64,000 bases of DNA from Anaeramoeba ignava BMAN (taxonomy: Eukaryota > Protista > Anaeramoebae), in contig JAPDFW010000098.1 in NCBI GenBank assembly GCA_028826165.1, forward strand, positions 180,255 through 244,254, read 5' to 3'. The notes below the pieces were generated by a model, which searched no databases, was not told where the DNA came from, and worked only from the letters and a program-made list of their open reading frames with translations. The first letter of the stretch is position 1; each line of letters starts with the position of its first letter. The translations under genes were made by a program, and so were the position numbers. This document shows positions 51,114 to 62,180 of this stretch, piece after piece.

Positions 51114-52830
51114 ATGGATAACAATAATAATAACCAAATTGAAAATGAAAATGAAAATGAAAATGAAATGAAAAATTTAGAAAAAAAAGGTAACAAAAAA
51201 TTTAATTAAAGATTATTCAAACCTTTTAAATGGAAATTCATTTAAAGATTTTTCAATTTTTGTTGAGAATAAATCAAATCCTTTTGAAATTAAAGTTCAT
51301 AAATCAATTTTATCTTCAAGATCTCCTTTTTTTAATGAGTCATTAAGGCAAGAATCTCTTTCTATTTTTTTAAATCAATTTAATAAAAAAGAAATGGAAT
51401 CAATTTTGAGTTATATTTATTATGGAAATATTTCTTTTGAGAATCAAGAAAATCTTATTCAATTATTAGAAATTTCAATTTATTTTAAATTAAATTTATT
51501 GAAAGAAATTATTCAAAAAAAAATTTCAAATTCAATTAATTATTCAAATTTTTTCCAATTTTTATTCCAAAATCGAAATTTAAATTCAAATGAAATTGAA
51601 ATAAAATGTTTTGAATTAATAAATCAAAATTTTTCCCAAATTCAGAATAATGAGAATTTATTCAATTTAACTAAAGAAGAAATTATCAAATTTATTCAAT
51701 TTAAACAAGAAAAAAAAGAAATTTTTCAATTTGATTTTTTTCAATTTTTAAATAATTGGATTAAAAAAAGGGTTAATTCATTAAAATTAAAGAAAGAAAA
51801 AGAAAAAGAAAAAGAAAAGGGAATTGAAAAGAAAAGATTATTTCATTCTTTTTTTTCATTATTTGATAAAGATTCAATTTCAAAACAAGATTTTGATAAA
51901 TTAAAACAATTTGATTTTTTTCTTCCAAATTCTTTTTTAGTTTATATTCAAAACAAAGTTATTCAAGATAATCAAAAAGAGATTGAAAACCAAAAGAAAG
52001 AAAAAGAAATTGAAGAGAAATGGAAGAAAGAGGTTGAGAATAAAAATAAAGAAATTGAAGAGAAATGGAAGAAAGAAATTGAAGAGAAATGGAAGAAAGA
52101 AGTTGAAGAGAAATGGAAGAAAGAAGTTGAAGATAAAAACAAAGAAATTGAAGATAAAAACAAAGAAATTGAAGATAAAAACAAAGAAATTGAGAAAATG
52201 AAACCTATTTTTGATAAATATCGAGATCAATACCAAAAATATTTGGAATATGAACAACAAATGAAAGAATTGGAAAAAGTATTTTCAGATTCAGAAATTA
52301 TTCAAGATATTGAATATGTTAAGAAATTACAAGAATGGATAAATGATAATGATTTTTTTTCTAAAATGAAAAAAGGATTTTCAGCAAAAAGAGATGGATT
52401 TTCTTGTCAAAATTGGCATAAAGCAGTTGATGGGAAAGGAAAAACATTAGTTATTATCAAAACAAAAGATAATTTTATTTTTGGAGGTTTTACTCAAGTT
52501 GGATTTAATGGAGATAAAGGAAACATTTATGATTCAAATGCATTTATTTTTTCATTAAGAAATGATAAAGGAGATAGAATACCTGAAAAGTTTACACATA
52601 AACAAGGTCGTGCAATTTTGTCTAGTTTAAGTTATGGTCCAAGTTTTGGTGGATATGGTGGATATTATGATTTTCAATTATCTTCTAATTTACAACCTGG
52701 TTGTTCAGAATTTGGTCATACTTATCATCTTCCTAATGGAATTACTTATAATTCAAATGAAGCTCAAAGTTATTTAGCTGGTTCTTATGATAAATGGGTT
52801 GTTGATGAAGTTGAAACTTATTTTATTTAA
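51114..52830 (+). CDS. BTB + coiled-coil + TLDc protein; frameshift in an A-run near 51200
   Basis: DFSIFV..IKVHKSILSSRSPFF (BTB, upstream of the ORF-track start), EIEEKWKK/EIEDKNK repeats, and TLDc motifs WHKAVDGKGKTLVIIKT..FIFGGFT, GPSFG and VDEVETY. Confidence 0.85.
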
Positions 52831-53299
52831 AAATTAATTAATAATAAGAAAATCAAACTTTTTTTTTTAATTTTTTTTTTCAAAATTTAATTCAATTTTA
52901 ATTTACTTTTAATCAAATTAATTTCTTTAAAATAATAAATAAGAAACAAATTTAATTTTAAATAATTTAATTTTAATTTAAAATATTTATTAAAAATTTA
53001 ATTAATAAAAATAATCCAAAAAAAAAATAATAAATTTTAAAAATTGAATATTTTTAATATAATAAATAAAAATAAAAATTGAAAATAGAAATTAATAATA
53101 ATTAAATTTAAATTCATTAATTAAAATATTAAAATAAAAAAAATCAAATAAAATTTATTATTAATTAATATTTAAATATTAATAAATTATAATCAAAATC
53201 AAAAATAGAATAATTAGTAAATTATTTTTTTAGAAAGTTTATCTTATTCAATCATGTTAAATTCAATTTATTTAAAATTTTTTAATTTTTTAATTTTAT

Positions 53300-53795
53300 T
53301 TTTTAATATATTTTATTATAATTAAAATTGGAATAATAAATAATTAAAAATATTAATATAATAAATAAAAATATTATATCAAATTAAATTAAAATAAATT
53401 TAAATTAAATTATTATTAAATATTATTAAAATTAAATATTTATCTTTATTAAAATATTTATTCCACTTTTTTTAATATATTTTATTATAATTAAAATTGG
53501 AATAATAAATAATCAAAAATATTAATATAATAAATAAAAATATTATTTCAAATTAAAATAAAATAAATTTAAATTAAATTATTATTAAATATTATTAAAA
53601 TTAAATATTTATTTTTATTAAAATATTTATTCCACTTTTTAATATATTTTATTATAATTAAAATTGGAATAATAAATAATTAAAAATATTAATTTAATAA
53701 ATAAAAATATTATTTCAAATTAAAATAAAATAAATTTAAATTAAATTATTGTTAAATATTATTAAAATTAAATATATATCTTTATTAAAATATTT
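53300..53795. repeat. Tandem array of ~168 bp monomers (about 3 copies)
   Basis: TTGGAATAATAAATAAT at 53328, 53497 and 53664; TTCCACTTTT at about 53461 and 53630. Confidence 0.88.
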
Positions 53796-53807
53796 CAATT
53801 TTCTTCT

Positions 53808-54376
53808 CAATTTTATTAAATTATTGGGAATTATTTTATATTATTTTAAATAAAGAAATATTAATAAAATATATAAAATATGATTAATTTTAAATTTAAT
53901 TATTTAATATTCTTTATTCTATTTTGAAATAAATTAATTAAAAATATTTTATTAATTTTATTAAATTATTGGGAATAATTTTATATTATTTTAAATAAAG
54001 AAATATTAATAAAATATATAAAATATAATTAATTTTAAATTTAATTATTTAATATTCTTTATTCCATTTTTGAAATAAATTAATTAAAATATTTTATCAA
54101 TTTTATTAAATTATTGGGAATAATTTTATATTATTTTAAATAAAGAAATATTAATAAAATATATAAAATAAAGAATTAATTTTAAATTTAATTATTTAAT
54201 ATTCTTTATTTCATTTTTGAAATAAATTAATCAAAATATTTTATTTATTTTATTAAATTATTGGGAATAATTTTATATTATTTTAAATAAATAAATATTA
54301 ATAAAATATATAAAATATAATTATTTCTAAATTTAATTATTTAATATTCTTTATTCCATTTTTGAAATAAATTAAT
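53808..54376. repeat. Tandem array of ~145 bp monomers (about 4 copies)
   Basis: TTATTGGGAA at 53821, 53966, 54111 and 54258. Confidence 0.9.
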
Positions 54377-54691
54377 GAAAAAGATTTTATTATTGAAAGA
54401 AAAGAAAAACAATATAAATTTCCTAAATTAATATTAATAATGAGAAGTAAATTATTCCGAGAAAAGTTTTTATCAGTAACAGAAGATAAATCAAATAAAG
54501 TTACAGATTATAGTGAATTAAGTAATAAATCATTTCAAATATTTGAATATTGGATTTATTCAAATCAAATTAAAGAAGAAATTCAAATTACACAAGAAAT
54601 AATTGAAGAATTAGAAACAGGAATTGATTATTTTCAATTAAATCAAACAAATCCAAATTTATTTGATTTATTAATTAAAATTAAAATTTAA
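54374..54691 (+). pseudogene. 5'-truncated RCC1-BTB remnant (second BTB only) fused to a satellite
   Basis: NEKDFIIERKEKQYKFPKLILIMRSKLFREKF.. starts directly after satellite sequence; no upstream coding part is present. Confidence 0.85.
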
Positions 54692-54806
54692 ATTTAAATT
54701 AAAATTAAAATTAAAATTAAAATTAAAATCAAAATTAAAATTAAAATTAAAATTAAAATTAAAATTAAAATTCCAAAATCATTTTTTCATTTTTTTCTTT
54801 TCAAAA

Positions 54807-56641
54807 ATGAATGATTGTTTATTTTTTGGTTATAATAAAGAACCAATTCTTATAAAAAATGAACCAAACAAAATAATAAAACCAATCCAATTTAAATTTG
54901 AAAATGAAAATGAAAATGAAAATGAAAATGAAAATGAAAATGAAAATGAAAATGAAAATGAAAATGAAAATGAAAAACAAATTAAACAAATTTCATCAGG
55001 TTATTTTCAACAATTTTCCTTTTTAAAAATGGAAAAGCAATAGAATATTTAAATGAAAATGATTCAAAACAAAATCCTGAAAAAATCCAAATTGAAGAAA
55101 ATATTCAAAAAGTAACTGTTGATTATCGAAATGAAGCTATTTTAACAATAGAAGGAAATGTATTTGCCAAAGGAAAAGATATTAATCCAAAAAATCCAAA
55201 TGAATTTATCAATATTTCATCATTAATTGAAGATACAAATGATAGAATAATTGAAGATATTGTTTCTGGAGGTTTTTCATTTTACTTATTAACTTCGAAT
55301 CAAAATGTTTATGGAATTGGTTCAAATTATTTTGGTCAACTTGGTTTTGATTCTGAAACACTTAAAAAAGCAGAAAAACCAATTTTAATGATGAAAAATA
55401 TTTCTAAAATATTTTCAGGAATTTCTTGTTATCATGTTTTTCTTTTAAATTCAAATCAAGAATTATTTGGATGCGGAAATAACGAGAATGGTCGACTTGG
55501 CTTAGGAGAATCAAGAAAAGAAGAAACAAAAATTCAAAAATTAACCAAAATCCAAAATATTCCAAAAGGTAAAATAATTGATATTCAATGTGGAGTTTTT
55601 CATTCAATAATGTTGATTGAAAATGAAAATGAAAATGAAAATGAAAATGAAAATCCAAAAAGAAAACTTTATTCATGTGGATATTGCAGATATAATGGAC
55701 TTAGTAAAGAAAACGAAGATACTTATGAATTTACTGAAATCAAATCATCTTTATTTGAAAATGATGATAATATTCTTGATATTTCTGTTGGAGATTCTCA
55801 TAATTTAGTTTTCACAACTCAAGGAAAACTTTTAGGATTTGGAAGAAATTTATTTAATCAATTAGGAATTGTAAATACACAAGATAAATTTATCCCAATT
55901 CAAATTGAACTTCCTAAATTAAGATTTAATGAAAATATTTCCAATTATCATATTTCTTGTGGATATCGAAATTCGTTTCTTTATTATTCTCCTCTTTCTT
56001 TTTCCAATCTTGAAGAAGATTTGATAAAATTATTTGAAAGAAAAGAATTTTGTGATATTTCATTTAAAACCAAAAATGGAGAAATAATTGAAGCTCATAA
56101 ATTAATATTGAAATATAGATTAAATCAAAATGAAAATCAAATTGAAAAACTTCAAGAAATTATTTCAAAAAAATCAATTAAAGAATCAAATCAAATATTT
56201 GAAATGATTTATTCAAACAATTCCAAAATAAATCCAAAATTATATTCTGAAATTAAAGAAATTATAAATTCAAATGAAAAAATTGAAGAAACAATGAAAA
56301 GAATTTATTTAAATGAAAATGAAAATGAAAAAGATTTTATAATTGAAAGAAAAGAAAAACAATATAAATTTCCAAAATTAATATTAATAATGAGAAGTGA
56401 ATTATATCGAGGAATGTTTTTATCTGTAACTGAAGATAAATCTAATAAAGTTACAGATTATAGTGAATTAAGTAATAAATCATTTCAAATATTTGAATAT
56501 TGGATTTATTCAAATCAAATTAAAGATGAAATTCAAATTACACAAGAAATAATTGAAGAATTAGAAAGAGGAATTGATTATTTTCAATTAAATCAAACAA
56601 ATCCAAATTTATTTGATTTATTAATTAAAATTAAAATTTAA
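54807..56641 (+). CDS. RCC1-BTB-BTB protein, copy E (1-nt deletion in a T-run near 55005; assembly error or pseudogene)
   Basis: Full-length paralogue once GGTTATTTT(T)CA is corrected. Confidence 0.8.
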
Positions 56642-56827
56642 TAATCAAAATTAAAATTAAAATTAAAATTAAAATTAAAATTAAAATTAAAATTTAAAAA
56701 TTAAAATTAAAATTAAAATTAAAATTAAAATTAAAATTAAAATTCAAAATTAAAATTAAAATTAAAATTAAAATTAAAATTAAAATTAAAATTCCAAAAT
56801 CATTTTTTCATTTTTTTCTTTTCAAAA

Positions 56828-58575
56828 ATGAATGATTGTTTATTTTTTGGTTTTAATAATTATCCAATTCTTTTCAAAAATGAACCAAATAAAATAACAA
56901 AATCAATTCAATTTAAATTTGAAAATGAAAATAAATTTGAAAATGAAAAACAAATTAAACAAATTTCAACAAGTGAATTTTCAACAATTTTCCTTTTCAA
57001 AAATGGAAAAGCAATAGAATATTTAGACGAAAATGATCCAAATCAAAATCCTCAAAAAATCCAAATTGAAGAAAATATTCAAAAAGTATCTTTTGGTTAT
57101 CATAATGAAGCTATTTTAACAATAGAAGGAAATGTATTTGCCAAAGGAATTGATATTAATTCAAATAATCCAAAAGAATTTATCAATATTTCATCATTAA
57201 TTGAAGATAAAAATGATAGAATAATTCAAGATATTGTTTCAGGAAATAGTTCAATTTACTTATTAACTTCGAATCAAAATGTTTATGGAATTGGTTTGAA
57301 TTATTCTAGTCAACTTGGTTTTGATTCTAAAGCACTTTATAAAACAGAAAAACCAATTTTAATGATGAAAAATGTTTCTAAAATATTTTTAGGAAGTACT
57401 TCAAATCATGTTTTTCTTTTAAATTCAAATCAAGAATTATTTGGATGCGGAGATAATAATTATGGTCAACTTGGATTAGGAGAATCAAGAAAAGAAACAA
57501 AAATCCAAAAATTAACTCAAATCCAAAATATTCCAAAAGGTAAAATAATTGATATTCAATGTGGTGTTTCTTTTTCAATAATGTTGATTGAAAATGAAAA
57601 TGAAAATGAAGATCTAAAAAGAAAACTTTATTCATGTGGATATTCTCAATTTAATGGACTTGGCAAAGAAGATGAAAATACTTATAAATTTACTGAAATC
57701 AAATCATCTTTATTTGAAAATGATGATATTCTTGTTGAAATTTCTGTTGGAAATGCTCATACTTTGATTTTAACTTCCAATTCAAAATTAATAGTATTTG
57801 GATATAATAGATATGGTCAATTAGGAACTGAAGATACAAAAGAAATACAATTAATCCCAATTCAAATTGAACTTCCTAAATTAAGATTTAATGAAAATAT
57901 TTCTAATTATCATATTTCTTGTGGATATCGAAATTCATTTATTTATTATTCTCCTCTTTCTTTTTCCAATATTGAAGAAGATTTGATAAAACTATTTGAA
58001 AGAAAAGAATTTTGTGATATTTCATTTAAAACCAAAAATGGAGAAATAATTGAAGCTCATAAATTAATATTGAAATATAGATTAAATCAAAATCAAAATC
58101 AAAATGAAAAACTTCAAGAAATTATTTCAAAAAAATCAATTAAAGAATCAAATCAAATATTTGAAATGATTTATTCAAACAATTCCAAAATAAATCCAAA
58201 ATTATATTCTGAAATTAAAGAAATTATAAATTCAAATGAAAAAATTGAAGAAACAATGAAAAGAATTTATTTAAATGAAAATGAAAAAGATTTTATAATT
58301 GAAAGAAAAGAAAAACAATATAAATTTCCTAAATTAATATTAATAATGAGAAGTGAATTATATCGAGGAATGTTTTTATCTGTACAGAAGATAAATCTAA
58401 TAAAGTTACAGATTATAGTGAATTAAGTAATAAATCATTTCAAATATTTGAATATTGGATTTATTCAAATCAAATTAAAGATGAAATTCAAATTACACAA
58501 GAAATAATTAATGAAATTCAAATTGGAATTGATTATTTTCAATTAAAATCAAAATTAAAATTAAAATTAAAATAA
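56828..58575 (+). CDS. RCC1-BTB-BTB protein, copy F (1-nt deletion near 58385; C-terminus runs into AAAATT repeat)
   Basis: Paralogue. TCTGTACAGAAG lacks one A relative to the sister copies, and the last ~12 codons are replaced by repeat. Confidence 0.78.
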
Positions 58576-58794
58576 AAATCAAAATTAAAATTAAAATTAA
58601 AATTAAAATTAAAATTAAAATTAAAATTAAAATTAAAATTAAAATTAAAATTAAAATTAAAATTAAAATTAAAATTAAAATTAAAATTAAAATTAAAATT
58701 AAAATTAAAATCAAAATTAAAATTAAAATTAAAATTAAAATTAAAATTAAAATTAAAATTAAAATTCATTTTTTTCATTTTTTTCTTTTCAAAA

Positions 58795-60567
58795 ATGAAT
58801 GATTGTTTATTTTTTGGTTTAAATAATTATCCAAAACTTTTCAAAAATGAACCAAATAAAATAATAAAACCAATTCAATTTAAATTTGAAAATGAAAATG
58901 AAAATGAAAAACAAATTAAACAAATTTCATCAAGTGAATTTTCAACAATTTTCCTTTTTAAAAATGGAAAAGCAATAAAATATTTAAATGAAAATGATTC
59001 AAATCAAAATCCTTCAAAAATCCAAATTGAAGAGAATATTCAAAAAGTATCTTTTGGTTATTCAAATGAAGCTATTTTAACAATAGAAGGAAATGTATTT
59101 GCCAAAGGATATTATATTAATCCAAAAAATCCAAATGAATTTATCAATATTTCATCATTAATTGAAGATACAAATGATAGAATAATTCAAGATATTGTTT
59201 CTGGAGGTTTTTCATTTTACTTATTAACTTCAAATCAAAATGCTTATGGAATTGGTTCAAATTATTCTGGTCAACTTGGTTTTGATTCTGAAACACTTTA
59301 TAAAACAGAAAAACCAATTTTAATGATGAAAAATGTTTCTAAAATATTTTCAGGAAGTACTTCAGATTCAATTTTTCTTTTAAATTCAAATCAAGAATTA
59401 TTTGGATGCGGAGATAATAATTATGGTCAACTTGGATTAGGAGAATCAAGAAAAGAAGAAACAGAAATCCAAAAATTAACCAAAATCCAAAATATTCCAA
59501 AAGGTAAAATAATTGATATTCAATGTGGTGTTTCTTTTTCAATAATGTTGATTGAAGATGAAAATGAAAATCCGAAAAGAAAACTTTATTCATGTGGATA
59601 TTCTCAATTTAATGGACTTGGAAAAAATGAAAATGAAAATACTTATGAATTTACTGAAATCAAATCGTCTTTATTTGAAAATGATGATAATATTCTTGAA
59701 ATTTCTGTTGGAAATGCTCATACTTTGGTTTTAACTTCCAAATCAAAATTAATAGTATTTGGAGATAATAGATATGGTCAATTAGGAACTGAAGATACAA
59801 AAGAAATACAATTAATCCCAATTCAAATTGAACTTCCTAAATTAAGATTTAATGAAAATATTTCTAATTATCATATTTCTTGTGGAAATAATAAATCATT
59901 TCTTTATTATTCTCCTTCTTCTTTTTCCAATCTTGAAGAAGATTTGATAAAATTATTTAAAAGAAAAGAATTTTGTGATATTTCATTTAAAACAGAAAAT
60001 GGAGAAATAATTGAAGCTCATAAATTAATATTGAAATATAGATTAAATCAAAATCAAAATCGAATTGAAAAACTTCAAGAAATTATTTCAAATAAATCAA
60101 TTAAAGAATCAAATCAAATATTTGAAATGATTTATTCAAATAATTCCAATATAAATCCAAAATTATATTCTGAAATTAAAGAAATTATAAATTCAAATGA
60201 AAAAATTGAAGAAACAATGAAAAGAATTTATTTAAATGAAAATGAAAATGAAAAAGATTTTATAATTGAAAGAAAAGAAAAACAATATAAATTTCCAAAA
60301 TTAATATTAATAATGAGAAGTGAATTATATCGAGGAATGTTTTTATCTGTTACAGATGATACTTCTAATAAAGTTACAGATTATAGTGAATTAAGTAATA
60401 AATCATTTCAAATATTTGAATATTGGATTTATTCAAATCAAATTAAAAACGAAATTCAAATTACACAAGAAATAATTAATGAATTAGAAATTGGAATTGA
60501 TTATTTTCAATTAAATCAAACATATCCAAATTTATTTGATTTATTAATTAACAAATTTAATAATTAA
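58795..60567 (+). CDS. RCC1-BTB-BTB protein, copy G
   Basis: Intact paralogue. Confidence 0.9.
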   Translation: MNDCLFFGLNNYPKLFKNEPNKIIKPIQFKFENENENEKQIKQISSSEFSTIFLFKNGKAIKYLNENDSNQNPSKIQIEENIQKVSFGYSNEAILTIEGNVFAKGYYINPKNPNEFINISSLIEDTNDRIIQDIVSGGFSFYLLTSNQNAYGIGSNYSGQLGFDSETLYKTEKPILMMKNVSKIFSGSTSDSIFLLNSNQELFGCGDNNYGQLGLGESRKEETEIQKLTKIQNIPKGKIIDIQCGVSFSIMLIEDENENPKRKLYSCGYSQFNGLGKNENENTYEFTEIKSSLFENDDNILEISVGNAHTLVLTSKSKLIVFGDNRYGQLGTEDTKEIQLIPIQIELPKLRFNENISNYHISCGNNKSFLYYSPSSFSNLEEDLIKLFKRKEFCDISFKTENGEIIEAHKLILKYRLNQNQNRIEKLQEIISNKSIKESNQIFEMIYSNNSNINPKLYSEIKEIINSNEKIEETMKRIYLNENENEKDFIIERKEKQYKFPKLILIMRSELYRGMFLSVTDDTSNKVTDYSELSNKSFQIFEYWIYSNQIKNEIQITQEIINELEIGIDYFQLNQTYPNLFDLLINKFNN

Positions 60568-60815
60568 AATTAAAATTAAAATTAAAATCAAAATTAAAAT
60601 TAAAATCAAAATTAAAATTAAAATTAAAATTAAAATTAAAATTAAATTTGAAATTAAAATTAAAATTAAAATTAAAATTAAAATTAAAATTAAAATTAAA
60701 ATTAAAATTAAAATTAAAATTAAAATTAAAATTAAAATTAAAATTAAAATTAAAATTAAAATTAAAATTAAAATTAAAATTCATTTTTTTCATTTTTTTC
60801 ATTTTTTCTTTTAAA

Positions 60816-62077
60816 ATGAATTTCCATTTTTCATTAAATCTTTCAATATCAGAAATTTTCTTAAATTTATTTGCAGATAATTCATTATTTGTAGAACATT
60901 TTCATCTTGAACAAAAACAAACAAATTTTCAATTTTCAAAATGGAATAAAAAAAATATAAGATTAATAAATTATTCAATAATAATTCCTTTAGGAATTCA
61001 AGAGAAAATAGCATTTGAAATCAAAGAGATTGAAAATTTTGAATTTTTACAAAATGGGTTCAAAAAATAATTTAATTTAATTTTGAATTTTGAATTTAAT
61101 TTTTAATTTAATTTTTAAAAATGATTCTTTTTAGAAATTTACTCATTTCTTCCAAAATCCAATTTTTTCAAAATGAAATTCTTCAAGATTTTCAAATTCA
61201 AATTAAAATGGAGGTGAATCAAAGGATATTTTTAACACCAAAATTAATATTCATTAATCATAAATTTTTTTATCATTAGTTTATTTACGTTTCAGAAACG
61301 AATTTAGAAATGGAATCAAATCCAAATTCAGATTCAAAAACTGAAGTTGATGTTTCTGTTCAATTTCTTCCAAATTTCAATTCAAAAAATAAATTACAAA
61401 AAATGGTTTTGGATTATTATTGCAGATCAATTGAAACATGGATAAAATTAGCCAAAGAATTAATTGACGAATTTTCTTCAAAAGAAATGAGGAGCAATTT
61501 TCTTAAGAAAAAAATTACAGAAAGAATGCTGATTTTCCGAAATTTCAAACGAATTATTTCTCAAAATTATGATATTTTGAATGAAAATATTGAAAATGAT
61601 TCAATTTTAGAAGAAAATCAAGGAGAATCTGATGAAAATAGCATTTTTGTTTCTTCAGAAAGTGATATTTTTCAAGATTTGGATGAAGAAAACAGAAATA
61701 ACAATAACAATAATAATAATAATCAAATTATTGAACAAAATGAAAATTTTATTGATTCCAATTCACATTCAAAAGAAATTGAAGAATTAAAAAAACAAGT
61801 TGAATTATCAATTAAAAAAGTTGAAAATTTTGAAAAAATTATTTTTGGAGAAAACTATGAATTATTCAAATCTGCTTCAAATTTCCTTAGAAATTTTGAA
61901 AAGAAAAAAATTGAAATTTTGGAAACTCAACAAGAATTAGAAATGAATGCAATTAAAAATGAAAATGAAAATGAAAATGAAAATGAAAATTCTAAAAAAA
62001 TTGCAATTACTATAACTTCAATTTGTTTGATTATTATTAGTTCTGTTTATATTTTTCGAAAATTTAAAAGAAAATGA
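60816..62077 (+). CDS. VASt (StARkin) domain protein with coiled coil and C-terminal transmembrane anchor, probably 2 introns
   Basis: F..LF.DNS.F...F......W....R.I.Y..PLG pattern of the VASt N-terminus, T.V.VSV.F strand, and C-terminal hydrophobic helix followed by a basic tail. Confidence 0.6.
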
Positions 62078-62180
62078 AAGGATTTTTTTTTATTGGAATT
62101 TTGGATTGAAAGAAAAAGGAAAAGAAAAAGAAAAAGAAATTTTTTTGATTTTGAATTTTTTAAATTTTGAAAATTTGAAA

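Noticed and set aside
39514-59593. Recurrent antisense ORFs inside the RCC1-BTB copies
   Set aside because: Shadows of the duplicated sense genes, with variable starts and no independent coding signal.
38934-60567. Diversity-generating retroelement behind the RCC1 loop variation
   Set aside because: No reverse transcriptase or template repeat in the window; changes are not adenine-restricted and are spread over all blades.
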